Shown here piece after piece: positions 17,366 to 27,235 of a stretch of DNA of 64,000 nt (position 1 is the stretch's first letter; every line of letters starts with the position of its first letter). Below the pieces are notes generated by a model. The model was not told the origin of the DNA and ran no database searches. It saw only the letters and a list, made by a program, of their open reading frames with translations. The position numbers and the translations under genes are program-made. The DNA comes from Candidatus Latescibacterota bacterium (GTDB lineage Bacteria > Latescibacterota > UBA2968 > GCA-2709665), in NCBI GenBank assembly GCA_963667175.2, contig CAXXXF010000012.1, forward strand, positions 160,001 through 224,000, in the 5' to 3' direction.

Positions 17366-20300
17366 CTATCTGCCGGCGTGCATCCGGGAAATCTCCGGCG
17401 CGACGTACCGGGTGTGGAATTCCTGCCAATCTGCGGGATTGCGGCGGTAGACCGGGTCGTCTTCCAGCCGACCCGGCGGGGTTTCGTACGTAGACCAGGC
17501 ATGAGAAGGCAGCGGCAGAACGGTTTTCGAATACGCCGTATTGTAGTCACCGTCTTTTACCCAGCCATCGCCCATCAGCACGAAATCCCTCACCCATCCG
17601 GACGGCGGCGGACCCGGATCCGGGAAACGAAAAACAAGCTCGTCTCCGGCGTTCATGATCACGTATCGATCGTCTACGTCGGCCAGCAGTGGACGCACGT
17701 CACCGAAACGGGTGTGATATCCCTTCAGGTCCCACCACAGGGGCGCGGGGTTTACGGGAGACGAATACAAAGGAACGTCGGGCGATCGCCGATCCGGTTG
17801 CGAGACCTCCGAAAACCCGCGGCCTCTCAACACCGCGGTCTGAGACGTCACCCGGCGGGTCCGCAACTGCGCGTCGTTTGCGGTTTCCGCCCACGCCAGC
17901 CGGTCCCAGTAGATCTCCAGATTTGTCCGGAGACGCAACCGGGGAGACGTCACACCCGACAGATCGATCGCGATCGTCTTGAACTTACCGGCGGGGAACC
18001 CCAGATCCGGTACCGCGGTTTCCCAGGTTCCATCGTCCCGCTGCGCATCCAGACGGAGCCCCCGGGGTCTCGCGTGCGCGCCATGACCCATCGCGACGTT
18101 GATCGAACTGTCGGTGGGATAGATCCATCCGTATCCGATCAACCATCCGCCCCCGTTCTCGGCCGCCCGCGGCAGATCCACCTCAACCCAGTGGTCCGCG
18201 GCCACGCCCTGGTATCGCCCGACGTCGAACGTATCGAGATACCGGCCATCTCTCGCCGTTACCAGATCCGTCACGTCACGCCCCGTTTCGTCCCGCGCCG
18301 CACGGACCGCGACGGGCGTTTCCGTTGGAATGACCCTGAGTTCCGGCTGTCGCGTTGCAAAACGCTCATCCACAAATACGGCGACGTCCGCGGGGTGGTC
18401 GACGACCATCAGTTCCACCCAGTCCACGAACTGGGTCTCCCACAGTTCGGACGTGATGCGTACGTCGTAGGTTCCGTCCCGGGACGCGAGTTCATCGCCC
18501 CGGATCAGGATCCAATCCTCCGTTTGAGACACGCCGGCCGTCACCTGAGCGTTGATTCGCATCCCCAGCGGGGATCGCCACAGGAAATCTTTAACGAAGG
18601 CCCATTCTTCGCCATTGAACGCGAACACCCAGGGACAGGATCCCTTCAGGCGCTGCTGAGCCAGAATCGTCTGATCGGCCGCGACGTCGAACTCGGCCTG
18701 TACCGTTCCGTTCGGCCACTGCACGCGCACCACGTTCGCCAGGTCGTACTCGCCCAGACCGAAATGTACCGCCGGCGTCCTGATCGCCCGGCGCTGTGCC
18801 AGGAGCCCGGACCGCACCAGCACCTCCCCGCCCAGCGCGAATGAATTGATCCTCCCGTCCCCCTGGATCGCCCGCACCCGCGGCCGGACGACCTGCCAGT
18901 GGTAGTCGCGTTTTCCCCGGTTCACGAGAATCTGTGGTCGTCCGGCGTCAGAGAGTCCCAGCAGATCCAGGCGACCGTCCCGGGTCATGTCGGATATCCC
19001 GAAGATTCGCAACCCGTCCGGCAGGGCGTTGTAACGCCAGGACCCTTCGGCATCGCCCAGCCAGTACCCGCCTCGGACCCGGCCGCCGACAACGAGATCG
19101 AGCTGCCCGTTATTGTCGATATCGGCCAGAAACAGGCGCGCCGGGTCTTCGTATCCCTTCGTGTTGACCAGTTCGCTGAATTCCCATCGCCCGTTCTTGC
19201 GCGAAATCGCAGTGATCCGTCCATCCGGGTAGAGGGCAACCAGGTCCAGACTTCCATCGCCGTCCACGTCTCCGGACGCGATCGCGCGGACCTCGTCACC
19301 ACTCTCGTACGAATGCTCGAACGACCCGCTTCGCTCGTTGACGTATACAAGCAGCCGGCCCCGGTTGTCCACCAGCGCCGCATCCGGTACGCCATCGCCA
19401 TCGAGATCCGTCCATTCGAACGCCCGCGCGCCAGCCGCGCCCGCAAAGGGTTGCGCGACGTCGAACGTACCGTCCCCGTTGTTTCGCAATACCCGGCAGG
19501 CATGCCGCCCCCCGAGGACCAGGTCCAGGTCCCCGTCCATCTCGACGTCCGCGGCCCAGACCCCACCATACGCCCGATCGGTCACACTCCGGTCCAGGCC
19601 GGTCTGATCCGTAACATCGACTGGCGACCCGTCCCCGTCCCGGCGGAACAGGCGAATGCCGCCTTCCCCTGCCGTCACCAGATCCAGCCTGAAATCGTTG
19701 TTCCAGTCGACCGAAAGCAAACCGTTGGCGCCCAACGGCATGGAGGCAGGAGATGGGACGGTTCGGCCGGACGAATCCTGCCAGCGGATGGTTTCCTCGG
19801 TTGCAGACAGCACCACCGGAGGATCCTCCGGGGCGAGGCCGAGCGCCCTGAGACCGGTTGCTTCGCCGAGTGTTTGCGGAACAAATGCAAGCGCCGTATC
19901 CGCCGGCGCGGGATCGGCCGGCGGACTCTGCATCTTCAGGAACCGCCGCAGTGGCTCGCCGACTGCCTGTGACGGAATACGCAACCGACTCAGGTCGCTT
20001 CGGAAGGACGGCGTCCGCAACAGCGCATTGTGGAGGAACGCCGCGTGCCGCGCGGCGAGCCGGAAGTCCGTTTCCGCATTTGCGAGCGCCCTCGCCTGAT
20101 CCTTCGCCGTTTCCGGCCACGCGCCGGCGCGCCCGGTGATCCGCGCAATCGAAACCCTCAGGCCTTCCGCGTCCCGCGCCTTCGCCGCCAGCCTGATCCG
20201 TTCCAGCAGGAGCGCGAGATTCCGCGGCGCGTTGCCGAGCATCCCTTCCACCACGGCGAGCGCCTCTCGCGTGTCTCCCTTCCGTTCCAGCTCACGCGCC

Positions 20301-20722
20301 AGCGCGTAGCCCGCTTTGAGGTGGGCCGGACCGGCAAGGGCCGCTGCCCGCCGGAGGTGAAAAACCGCCTCGTCCGTCCGTCCGCGACGGCTCTCGAATG
20401 CCCCCATCAGGAGCGCGAGACGCCCGTTTTCCGGCGCCAGTCCCTGCGCGCGCTCGATCGATCTGAGCGCCTGTTCCTCCCTGCCCATCGAGAACTGCAG
20501 CAGCGCCAGGTTCGCCCAACCCGCGGGCTCGCCCGGCGCGTTCTCGGTCATCCGCGTAAGCGCGACGGCCGCCCGGTCCCGGGCGCCCACGTCGAGGGCG
20601 GCAAGGCCGGTGTAGAAGTCGGCGACGGCGCTCCGGTAGGCCTCGCTACCGGGTTCCGGAACGGGCGTTTCACAGCCCGCGGTCAAACCGATCAGCGCAA
20701 GCGCGATGGACAGATATCTCAT
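17366..20722 (-). CDS. TPR + FG-GAP + ASPIC/UnbV lipoprotein
   Basis: Lipobox TAGC, TPR-like helices, DxDxDG repeats, VHFGLG, KGSCP, GWVKDGD tail. Confidence 0.88.
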   Translation of the reverse strand: MRYLSIALALIGLTAGCETPVPEPGSEAYRSAVADFYTGLAALDVGARDRAAVALTRMTENAPGEPAGWANLALLQFSMGREEQALRSIERAQGLAPENGRLALLMGAFESRRGRTDEAVFHLRRAAALAGPAHLKAGYALARELERKGDTREALAVVEGMLGNAPRNLALLLERIRLAAKARDAEGLRVSIARITGRAGAWPETAKDQARALANAETDFRLAARHAAFLHNALLRTPSFRSDLSRLRIPSQAVGEPLRRFLKMQSPPADPAPADTALAFVPQTLGEATGLRALGLAPEDPPVVLSATEETIRWQDSSGRTVPSPASMPLGANGLLSVDWNNDFRLDLVTAGEGGIRLFRRDGDGSPVDVTDQTGLDRSVTDRAYGGVWAADVEMDGDLDLVLGGRHACRVLRNNGDGTFDVAQPFAGAAGARAFEWTDLDGDGVPDAALVDNRGRLLVYVNERSGSFEHSYESGDEVRAIASGDVDGDGSLDLVALYPDGRITAISRKNGRWEFSELVNTKGYEDPARLFLADIDNNGQLDLVVGGRVRGGYWLGDAEGSWRYNALPDGLRIFGISDMTRDGRLDLLGLSDAGRPQILVNRGKRDYHWQVVRPRVRAIQGDGRINSFALGGEVLVRSGLLAQRRAIRTPAVHFGLGEYDLANVVRVQWPNGTVQAEFDVAADQTILAQQRLKGSCPWVFAFNGEEWAFVKDFLWRSPLGMRINAQVTAGVSQTEDWILIRGDELASRDGTYDVRITSELWETQFVDWVELMVVDHPADVAVFVDERFATRQPELRVIPTETPVAVRAARDETGRDVTDLVTARDGRYLDTFDVGRYQGVAADHWVEVDLPRAAENGGGWLIGYGWIYPTDSSINVAMGHGAHARPRGLRLDAQRDDGTWETAVPDLGFPAGKFKTIAIDLSGVTSPRLRLRTNLEIYWDRLAWAETANDAQLRTRRVTSQTAVLRGRGFSEVSQPDRRSPDVPLYSSPVNPAPLWWDLKGYHTRFGDVRPLLADVDDRYVIMNAGDELVFRFPDPGPPPSGWVRDFVLMGDGWVKDGDYNTAYSKTVLPLPSHAWSTYETPPGRLEDDPVYRRNPADWQEFHTRYVAPEISRMHAGR

Positions 20723-20848
20723 GGTCCCACCCCTGGGAACGGCACGATCGTCTTCGCCTTAAATCAGAAGGGCGGAACCGTGGCAAGACGGCGCCGCTCC
20801 TGATCACGCCAAAACAGAATACACGTTGCCTGTTGCGCGCCGCCCGGG

Positions 20849-21307
20849 TTACGAACCGGCTCTTCCCTCAAGCCACCGATCCAGCGAAACCGGCATATTG
20901 CGCACGTACAACAGCGCGAGCGAACACCCGATCAGCACGAGATCCTGGGCCAGCGCCGCATCGAGTGAACCGCGTGCGCCGTCCAACCCGAAGCAGCCGC
21001 AGTCCAGATCCGCGCCCCGGTAGAGGTTTATCGCGATGGCGATGCCGAACGACGCAAGCAACGCGAGCGCGGCGAGCGCGCCGCTCCGGGACCAGAATCC
21101 CGCCAGCAGGCACACGCCGGCGGCGACTTCCATCCAGGGGACGACCACCGCGAATCCGTTGATGAACGCATGCGGGAGCACGTTGTACGCCCGCACGGTG
21201 AGGGCGAACAACGCGGGTTCCGACACCTTGGCCAGGCCTGCCCAGATCAGCACGCCGCCGAGCGCGACGCGCAGAACGACCGGGATTCCGTACCGGACCC
21301 ACCTCAT
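20849..21307 (-). CDS. MauE/DoxX family membrane protein
   Basis: LRVALGGVLIWAGLAK, PWME, LDCGCFG. Confidence 0.88.
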   Translation of the reverse strand: MRWVRYGIPVVLRVALGGVLIWAGLAKVSEPALFALTVRAYNVLPHAFINGFAVVVPWMEVAAGVCLLAGFWSRSGALAALALLASFGIAIAINLYRGADLDCGCFGLDGARGSLDAALAQDLVLIGCSLALLYVRNMPVSLDRWLEGRAGS

Positions 21308-21804
21308 GGTTCATTCCCTTTTTTTACCGGATATCCGGCGTTTACCCAGGCGCCCCATCCATCGAAGAACGCCCGCACCCGCGTAAACCCCAGGCCCTGC
21401 TTCAGCAGATGGGCCAGCTTGACGCTGGCCTGACATCGAGCGCCGCCGCAGTACGTGATGATTTGCGCGTCCCTTGGGATACCGGCGAGCTTGTTCCTGC
21501 CGTCCGTGCTCACGTCGTGAGGCGTCAGATTCATCGCGCCCGGTATGTGTCCGCCGGCATAGGTACGCGGACCGCGGGCATCCATAAAGACGACGGACCC
21601 GGAGTCGAACGCCGCTTTCGCGTCCGCGAGACTTGCCCGGACGCCTTCGAGATAGAGGCTCCAGTTCACATGCTCGGATGCCGTTACGGTCCTGGGCGTC
21701 CGAAGCGGAATGCCCGAGTCGGACATCGCGTTGTACGCAAGACCCGCGCCCGTTCCGGCCGCCAGAATAATCATCGCCTGTAATATGACCCTTACTCGAG
21801 ACAT
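21304..21804 (-). CDS. Membrane-anchored rhodanese-like protein
   Basis: DAR..YAGGHIPGA, IITYCGG, GWGAW. Confidence 0.88.
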   Translation of the reverse strand: MSRVRVILQAMIILAAGTGAGLAYNAMSDSGIPLRTPRTVTASEHVNWSLYLEGVRASLADAKAAFDSGSVVFMDARGPRTYAGGHIPGAMNLTPHDVSTDGRNKLAGIPRDAQIITYCGGARCQASVKLAHLLKQGLGFTRVRAFFDGWGAWVNAGYPVKKGNEP

Positions 21805-21839
21805 CTGAGTGGCCTCCCCTGGATGAATGATACCGATAA

Positions 21840-21868
21840 TATATAACACACGTCGGCGGGGCTGTCAA
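21840..21868 (-). promoter_or_regulatory. Sigma70 promoter for the rhodanese/mauE operon
   Basis: TTGACA-17 bp-TATATA on the minus strand. Confidence 0.6.
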
Positions 21869-21891
21869 GCATCCACGGGTCGCCTTCACCT

Positions 21892-21920
21892 TTGACAATT
21901 CGTGCCGCGTATGCTATTAT
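21892..21920 (+). promoter_or_regulatory. Sigma70 promoter for the DegT-hydantoinase operon
   Basis: TTGACA-17 bp-TATTAT with extended TG; back-to-back with the minus-strand promoter. Confidence 0.7.
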
Positions 21921-22030
21921 GGATCGCCTCCGCGGCAGCCGTCGCCCCCCCGAAAAAACCGGCGAAGACGACTTCTTCCCTGTGCGTGAGTCCGTTCACG
22001 CGAATCGACGTCCCCGGGAGATCATTGATT

Positions 22031-23317
22031 ATGTCTGACGAACTGGCACTTGACGGCGGTCCGCCGTCGGTCACCGACCCGCAGGATGACGGCTGGACGA
22101 CCATAACGGCCCTGGAGAGACAATCCGTCCTGAGCGTTCTGGACGGCGGCGTGGGTGATTCCTATTCCGAGATCGACCGATTCCAGGAGGAATTCCGCGC
22201 CTTCACCGGCTCCGGATTCGCCATCGCCACCTGCAATGGCACGGCGGCCCTGCATTCGGCAATCTTCGCCTCCGGCGCACGGGCCGGCAGAGAGGTCATC
22301 GTGCCTTCAGTGACCTGGCACGCGAGCATCACGCCCATCCTGCATTGCGGCGCGACACCGGTCTTCTGTGACGCGGACCCGGACACCTTCTGCGCGGATC
22401 CCGGAGACGCCGGACGTCGAATTACGGAAAACACGTGCGCGATCATCGTAACCCACGTCTACGGCAACCCCGCCCATATGGACGCGTTCCGGAATCTCGT
22501 CGACGGAACCGGCATCACGCTGATCGAAGACGCGTCGCACGCCCACGGCGCGCTCTGGAACGGCACGCCCGTCGGCTCACTCGGCCACGTCGGCTGCTTC
22601 AGCCTGCAGGGTAGCAAGCCGGTCACGGGGATCGAAGCGGGTGTGGTCGTGACCGACGACGGAGACCTCTACGACCGGATGCTGGCCCTGGGCCACTACG
22701 GACGGTGCGAGAATGCGTTCGTCACCGACAGATTCAGAGACCTCCGCAACATGGGCCTGGGCGTCAAGTACCGGGCGAACCCTCTGGGGATTGCCCTGGC
22801 CCGCGCGCAGCTCGAACGGTTGCCCGGACTGAACGAAAAGAGGCGCGCCTGGTTCGGCCGGCTGGACAGCCATCTGAAATCTGTCCCCGGCTTTTACCCG
22901 CAGAAAACCTACACGCAGGCGGTACGCGGCGGGCTCCTGCTGTATACCGGGCTTATCGATCCGGCGGAAATCGGCGCCCCGGTTTCCGCCGTCCTGAAGG
23001 CGCTCGTGGCGGAGGGCGTGGCGACCACCCCGGCCATCACGCCGTTCGGCTACGGCGCCATGCACCTGGAACCGCTCTTCAACGATTTCCCGTTCGACGA
23101 CCTTGGCGGCCCCTGGGGCGACCTGCCTCCTGACGCAAGGATCCCGTACAGCCGCGGCGACCTGCCGATCAGCGAACGCATCCACGATTCCGGCTTCTGG
23201 CTGTCAACGCCGGTTGACCCGGATCCGGCGTGGGTTGACCAGGTTGCCGCTGCCTTTTCCAAAGTCGCCGGTCACGGCGAACGCCTGGCAAAGATCGCCG
23301 AAGACGGTGTTGGTTGA
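22031..23317 (+). CDS. DegT/DnrJ/EryC1/StrS family PLP aminotransferase
   Basis: NGTAALH, IEDASHAHGA, FSLQGSK (PLP Lys). Confidence 0.92.
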   Translation: MSDELALDGGPPSVTDPQDDGWTTITALERQSVLSVLDGGVGDSYSEIDRFQEEFRAFTGSGFAIATCNGTAALHSAIFASGARAGREVIVPSVTWHASITPILHCGATPVFCDADPDTFCADPGDAGRRITENTCAIIVTHVYGNPAHMDAFRNLVDGTGITLIEDASHAHGALWNGTPVGSLGHVGCFSLQGSKPVTGIEAGVVVTDDGDLYDRMLALGHYGRCENAFVTDRFRDLRNMGLGVKYRANPLGIALARAQLERLPGLNEKRRAWFGRLDSHLKSVPGFYPQKTYTQAVRGGLLLYTGLIDPAEIGAPVSAVLKALVAEGVATTPAITPFGYGAMHLEPLFNDFPFDDLGGPWGDLPPDARIPYSRGDLPISERIHDSGFWLSTPVDPDPAWVDQVAAAFSKVAGHGERLAKIAEDGVG

Positions 23318-23380
23318 GCCGGACGCGCGCAGAAAGCAGTGGCTCCCGACGGCGGTGGAAGCGGTTCAAGGAGGCCGTGC

Positions 23381-25135
23381 ATGTCCGATCGATCATCTCA
23401 GCTGACCATGGACCCCATCACGTTCGAAGTGATGAAGAACGCACTGCTCAACGCAACCGAAGAGATGGCATACACCATTCGCCGAACCGCGTACTCCACG
23501 AATATCAAGACCCGGGCCGACTTTTCCTGTGCCTTCTTCGACGCTTCATTCAGGGTGGTCGCACAGTCTTTCTCGCAGCCGCCCCACCTCTCATCCATGA
23601 AGACCGCGATCCCGAACGCCCTCCGGGAATACGGCGCGGAGAACCTCGATCCCGGCGACGGCCTCGTCCTCAACGATCCTCACCGCGGAAGCAGCCATCT
23701 GAACGACATCGCCCTGATCGCGCCGGTCTTTGCCGGAAAGACCCGGATCGGGTACCTGGCCAACATGGCCCACCACGTCGACGTGGGGGGCAGCACGCCG
23801 AGCAGCCTGGGCGTCAACCGCGAGATCTACCAGGAAGGCATCATCATCCCCCCCACGAAAATCATGCGGCGGGGGGAGATCGACAACGACGTCCTGGGCC
23901 TCATCCTCGAAAACGTGCGCGCGCCCCACGAAACCGGAGGGGACCTGCGCGCGCAGATGGGTGCGAACCTGGTGGGCGCTATACGCATCGCCGAACTCAT
24001 GGACCGTTACGACGTCGGCCAGGTGGAGGCCTTCTTCGACGAACTGCTGGATTATACGGAGCGCTGGGCCCGGCGTGAGATCGCCGCATTGCCGGCCGGT
24101 GTATACAAGGCTGAGGGATATCGCGACAACAACGGATTCGACGACGAGCCGGTCAAAATCGCCGTTGCCGTCCAACTCCGCGATGGAAGCGCCAGACTGG
24201 ACGTCACCGGGTCCGCGCCGCAGCAGACGGGCCCGCTGAACGCCACGCGCTCAAACACACTGGCCGCCATCGCGGTGGTCATCAAGAGCCTGATCGATCC
24301 GCGCATCCTGGTCAACGACGGGCTCTACCGATGCATGGACGTGATCGGACCGGACAATACCGTGCTCACGGCAACCTGGCCCGCCGCCGTGGTCGGCGCG
24401 TGGGAACTGGCGCAACTCACGGCGGAGCTGACCCTCACCTCCCTGCGCGACGCGTTGCCGGACCGGATTCCCGCCTGCGGCAAAGCCATTATCTGCAACC
24501 TGGGTTTCGCGGGAAACGATCCGCGTAAAGAAGCGTATTACTGTTACATGGAGACCGTTGGCGGCGGCAACGGCGCCCGCCCCGCCAAGGACGGTCCGGA
24601 TGCCATCCAGACCACCATCCACAATACGGAAAACGCGCCGGTCGAGGAGGTGGAAATCAACTATCCCATCCGCTTCGCCCGGTACGGCCTGATACCCGAC
24701 AGCGGGGGCGCGGGTCGTTTCCGCGGCGGCCTCGGCATCAGGAGGGATTTTGAGTTTCCGGACTGCGATACCATCTTCACGGTCCTCTCAGACGGCACGC
24801 GTTTTCCACCATGGGGACTCAGGGGCGGCGGGGACGGGCGCACCGCACGGTTCATTCTGGATCCGGACGGCAACGCGGAGCGACTTCCCTCCAAAGTCAG
24901 CATCACGGTGCCGAAGGGCGGCCGCGTCAGCGTGCAGACCCCTGGCGGGGGAGGTTTCGGACACCCCCTCGAACGGGAACCGGACGCCGTAGTGAGAGAC
25001 GTGAGAGACGGGAAGGTATCACATCGGACCGCGAGTGAAACCTACGGAGTCATCTATGACGCGGCGACATGGTCCGTGGCCCACGAGGCGACGCTGGCGC
25101 AGCGCGAACGCCTCGAACGGAGTTCGACTCGATGA
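23381..25135 (+). CDS. hyuB: Hydantoinase B/oxoprolinase family protein
   Basis: RTAYSTNI, NDPHRGSSHLNDI, HHVDVGG, DSGGAGRFRGG, TPGGGGFG; AGGAGG RBS. Confidence 0.92.
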   Translation: MSDRSSQLTMDPITFEVMKNALLNATEEMAYTIRRTAYSTNIKTRADFSCAFFDASFRVVAQSFSQPPHLSSMKTAIPNALREYGAENLDPGDGLVLNDPHRGSSHLNDIALIAPVFAGKTRIGYLANMAHHVDVGGSTPSSLGVNREIYQEGIIIPPTKIMRRGEIDNDVLGLILENVRAPHETGGDLRAQMGANLVGAIRIAELMDRYDVGQVEAFFDELLDYTERWARREIAALPAGVYKAEGYRDNNGFDDEPVKIAVAVQLRDGSARLDVTGSAPQQTGPLNATRSNTLAAIAVVIKSLIDPRILVNDGLYRCMDVIGPDNTVLTATWPAAVVGAWELAQLTAELTLTSLRDALPDRIPACGKAIICNLGFAGNDPRKEAYYCYMETVGGGNGARPAKDGPDAIQTTIHNTENAPVEEVEINYPIRFARYGLIPDSGGAGRFRGGLGIRRDFEFPDCDTIFTVLSDGTRFPPWGLRGGGDGRTARFILDPDGNAERLPSKVSITVPKGGRVSVQTPGGGGFGHPLEREPDAVVRDVRDGKVSHRTASETYGVIYDAATWSVAHEATLAQRERLERSSTR

Positions 25136-27225
25136 GTGATTCATACCGCATCGGCATCGACATCGGCGGCACGTTTACGGATGCCGTGGTGATGGACGAG
25201 AACACGGGCGACTTTCGCCCCGTCAAGGTATCCTCCACTCCTGACGATCCGTCACGGGCGTTCATGGAAGCGTATACCCGCGGCCTCGACAACCAGGGGC
25301 TCACGGCCCGGCAGGTGGGCTTCGTGGTACACGGCACGACCGTGGCGACCAACACGATCATCCAGCAAAAAGGCGCCCGGATCGGCCTCATCGCCTCCGA
25401 AGGTTTCAGTGATCTGTTCGAGATCGCGTGGCAGATTCGGCCCAACCTCTACGACCTCGATTACGACAAGCCTCCTCCGCTCGTTCCGCGCCACCTGTGC
25501 ATTGGCGTACCCGAACGTATCGATGCCCATGGGGAGGTGCTCGTCCCCCTGGACGAGGCCGCCGTGTACCGTGCCGCTCGCAAACTGGCCGAGGACGGGG
25601 TGGAAGCGATACTCGTCTGCTTCCTGCACGCGTACCGGGACCCGGCGCACGAACGGCGGGCCGCCGGGATCATCCGGGAAGCATGTCCCGGTCTGCCCGT
25701 CTGCGTCTCCTCCGACGTCTGTCCCGAATACCGCGAATATACCCGCGCCAGCACAACGGCCGTCAACGCCGCGCTGCTTCCGGCGGTGGGCGCCTACGTG
25801 GAACGCCTGGAGGACCGGCTCGGAGCGGTAAACCCAGGTTCCGGCCTGTTCCTGATGACTTCCGGCGGCGGCATCATCGCCTCCGGGACCGCCAGGCAGC
25901 AGCCTGTACAGCTCATCGAATCCGGTCCGGCAGCGGGCGTCATCGCGGCTTCGTACGTGGGCCGGCTGGCCGGGTACGAAAATCTGATTGCGCTGGACAT
26001 AGGGGGCACAACCGCGAAGGCGGCGCTTATAGAGAACGGACGGCCGCGCCTGGCCGCCGAATTCGAGGTCGGCGATGCGGCGGTTGCAACCACCACCCGG
26101 GACAAGGGTCAGGGTTATCCCGTAAAAACGCCCGTGATCGATCTGGTTGAAATCGGGTCCGGCGGCGGGAGCATCGGCCACGTTGATCCGGGCGGGGCGC
26201 TTGCCGTGGGCCCGCAATCCGCGGGCGCGGCGCCTGGACCCGCCTGTTACGGAAAGGGGGGGTCGGAACCCACGCTGACGGACGCAAACCTCGTTCTCGA
26301 CCGCCTCGATCCCGGTTACTTTCTGGGTGGTGAACTCCGCCTCGACAGATCGCTCGCGGAACTGGCAATCGACCGGCGCATCGCAGGGCCCCTGAATATG
26401 GCCGTCGAAGAGGCTGCGGCCGGTCTGATTGAAATCGCCAATGCCAATATGACGGGCATCCTCCAACTCGTGTCGGTCCAGAAAGGCGTGGACCCTCGCG
26501 CGTTCGTCCTGGTGGCCTTCGGCGGCGCCGGCCCCCTCCATGCCGCCGCGCTTGCCAAGGCGCTGCACATCCGCACCGTCCTCGTACCGCCCAGCCCGGG
26601 CGTGACCACGGCGCTCGGACTGCTCGTTACGGACCTGCGCCACGACTACGTTCGCACCTATATCTCGAAGACGGACGATTTGGACCTGCCGGCCCTTACG
26701 GCCATCTACCGCGAGTTTGAAGACCATGCGACCGGCCTGCTTCTGAGCGAGGGGGTCTCCCGCGACAACGTCCGCTTCGTCCGCGAGGCCGATATGCGGT
26801 ATCTGGGCCAGTCCTACGAACTTCGGGTACCCGTTGCCCGATTGTCGGAAAGCCTTCCCGGGAAGATGAACGACGCCTTCTTCGCAGCCCACCGGCGCCA
26901 GTACGGTTTCGCGACCCGGGACGAGCCCACCGAAATCGTCAACGCGCGTCTCTCAGCCGTGGGCGCCGTGCCCCGCCCCAGCCGGCGGCAGGTTCCCAAG
27001 GGCGGACCATCCTCGCGCACGGCCCTGAAGGCGAAACGCGACGTCCGCATGCCGGGTTCCACCGAACCGGCGCCCACGTCGATCTACGACCGGTACCGCC
27101 TTCAGGCGAACAACCGCTTTACGGGTCCCGCCATCGTGGAGGAAATCGACTCCACAACGCTTGTTCCGCCCGATTGTACCGTAACAGTGGACGACTACGG
27201 AAATCTCCTGATCGACGTCGATTGA
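25132..27225 (+). CDS. hyuA: Hydantoinase A/oxoprolinase family protein (ATP-binding)
   Basis: GIDIGGTFTD, HGTTVATN, ESGPAAG, DIGGTTAK, FGGAGPLHA. Confidence 0.93.
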   Translation: MSDSYRIGIDIGGTFTDAVVMDENTGDFRPVKVSSTPDDPSRAFMEAYTRGLDNQGLTARQVGFVVHGTTVATNTIIQQKGARIGLIASEGFSDLFEIAWQIRPNLYDLDYDKPPPLVPRHLCIGVPERIDAHGEVLVPLDEAAVYRAARKLAEDGVEAILVCFLHAYRDPAHERRAAGIIREACPGLPVCVSSDVCPEYREYTRASTTAVNAALLPAVGAYVERLEDRLGAVNPGSGLFLMTSGGGIIASGTARQQPVQLIESGPAAGVIAASYVGRLAGYENLIALDIGGTTAKAALIENGRPRLAAEFEVGDAAVATTTRDKGQGYPVKTPVIDLVEIGSGGGSIGHVDPGGALAVGPQSAGAAPGPACYGKGGSEPTLTDANLVLDRLDPGYFLGGELRLDRSLAELAIDRRIAGPLNMAVEEAAAGLIEIANANMTGILQLVSVQKGVDPRAFVLVAFGGAGPLHAAALAKALHIRTVLVPPSPGVTTALGLLVTDLRHDYVRTYISKTDDLDLPALTAIYREFEDHATGLLLSEGVSRDNVRFVREADMRYLGQSYELRVPVARLSESLPGKMNDAFFAAHRRQYGFATRDEPTEIVNARLSAVGAVPRPSRRQVPKGGPSSRTALKAKRDVRMPGSTEPAPTSIYDRYRLQANNRFTGPAIVEEIDSTTLVPPDCTVTVDDYGNLLIDVD

Positions 27226-27235
27226 GAGAAACGTC

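Noticed and set aside
15591-20722. Enediyne biosynthetic cluster
   Set aside because: UnbV-like domains alone; no PKS, thioesterase or tailoring genes
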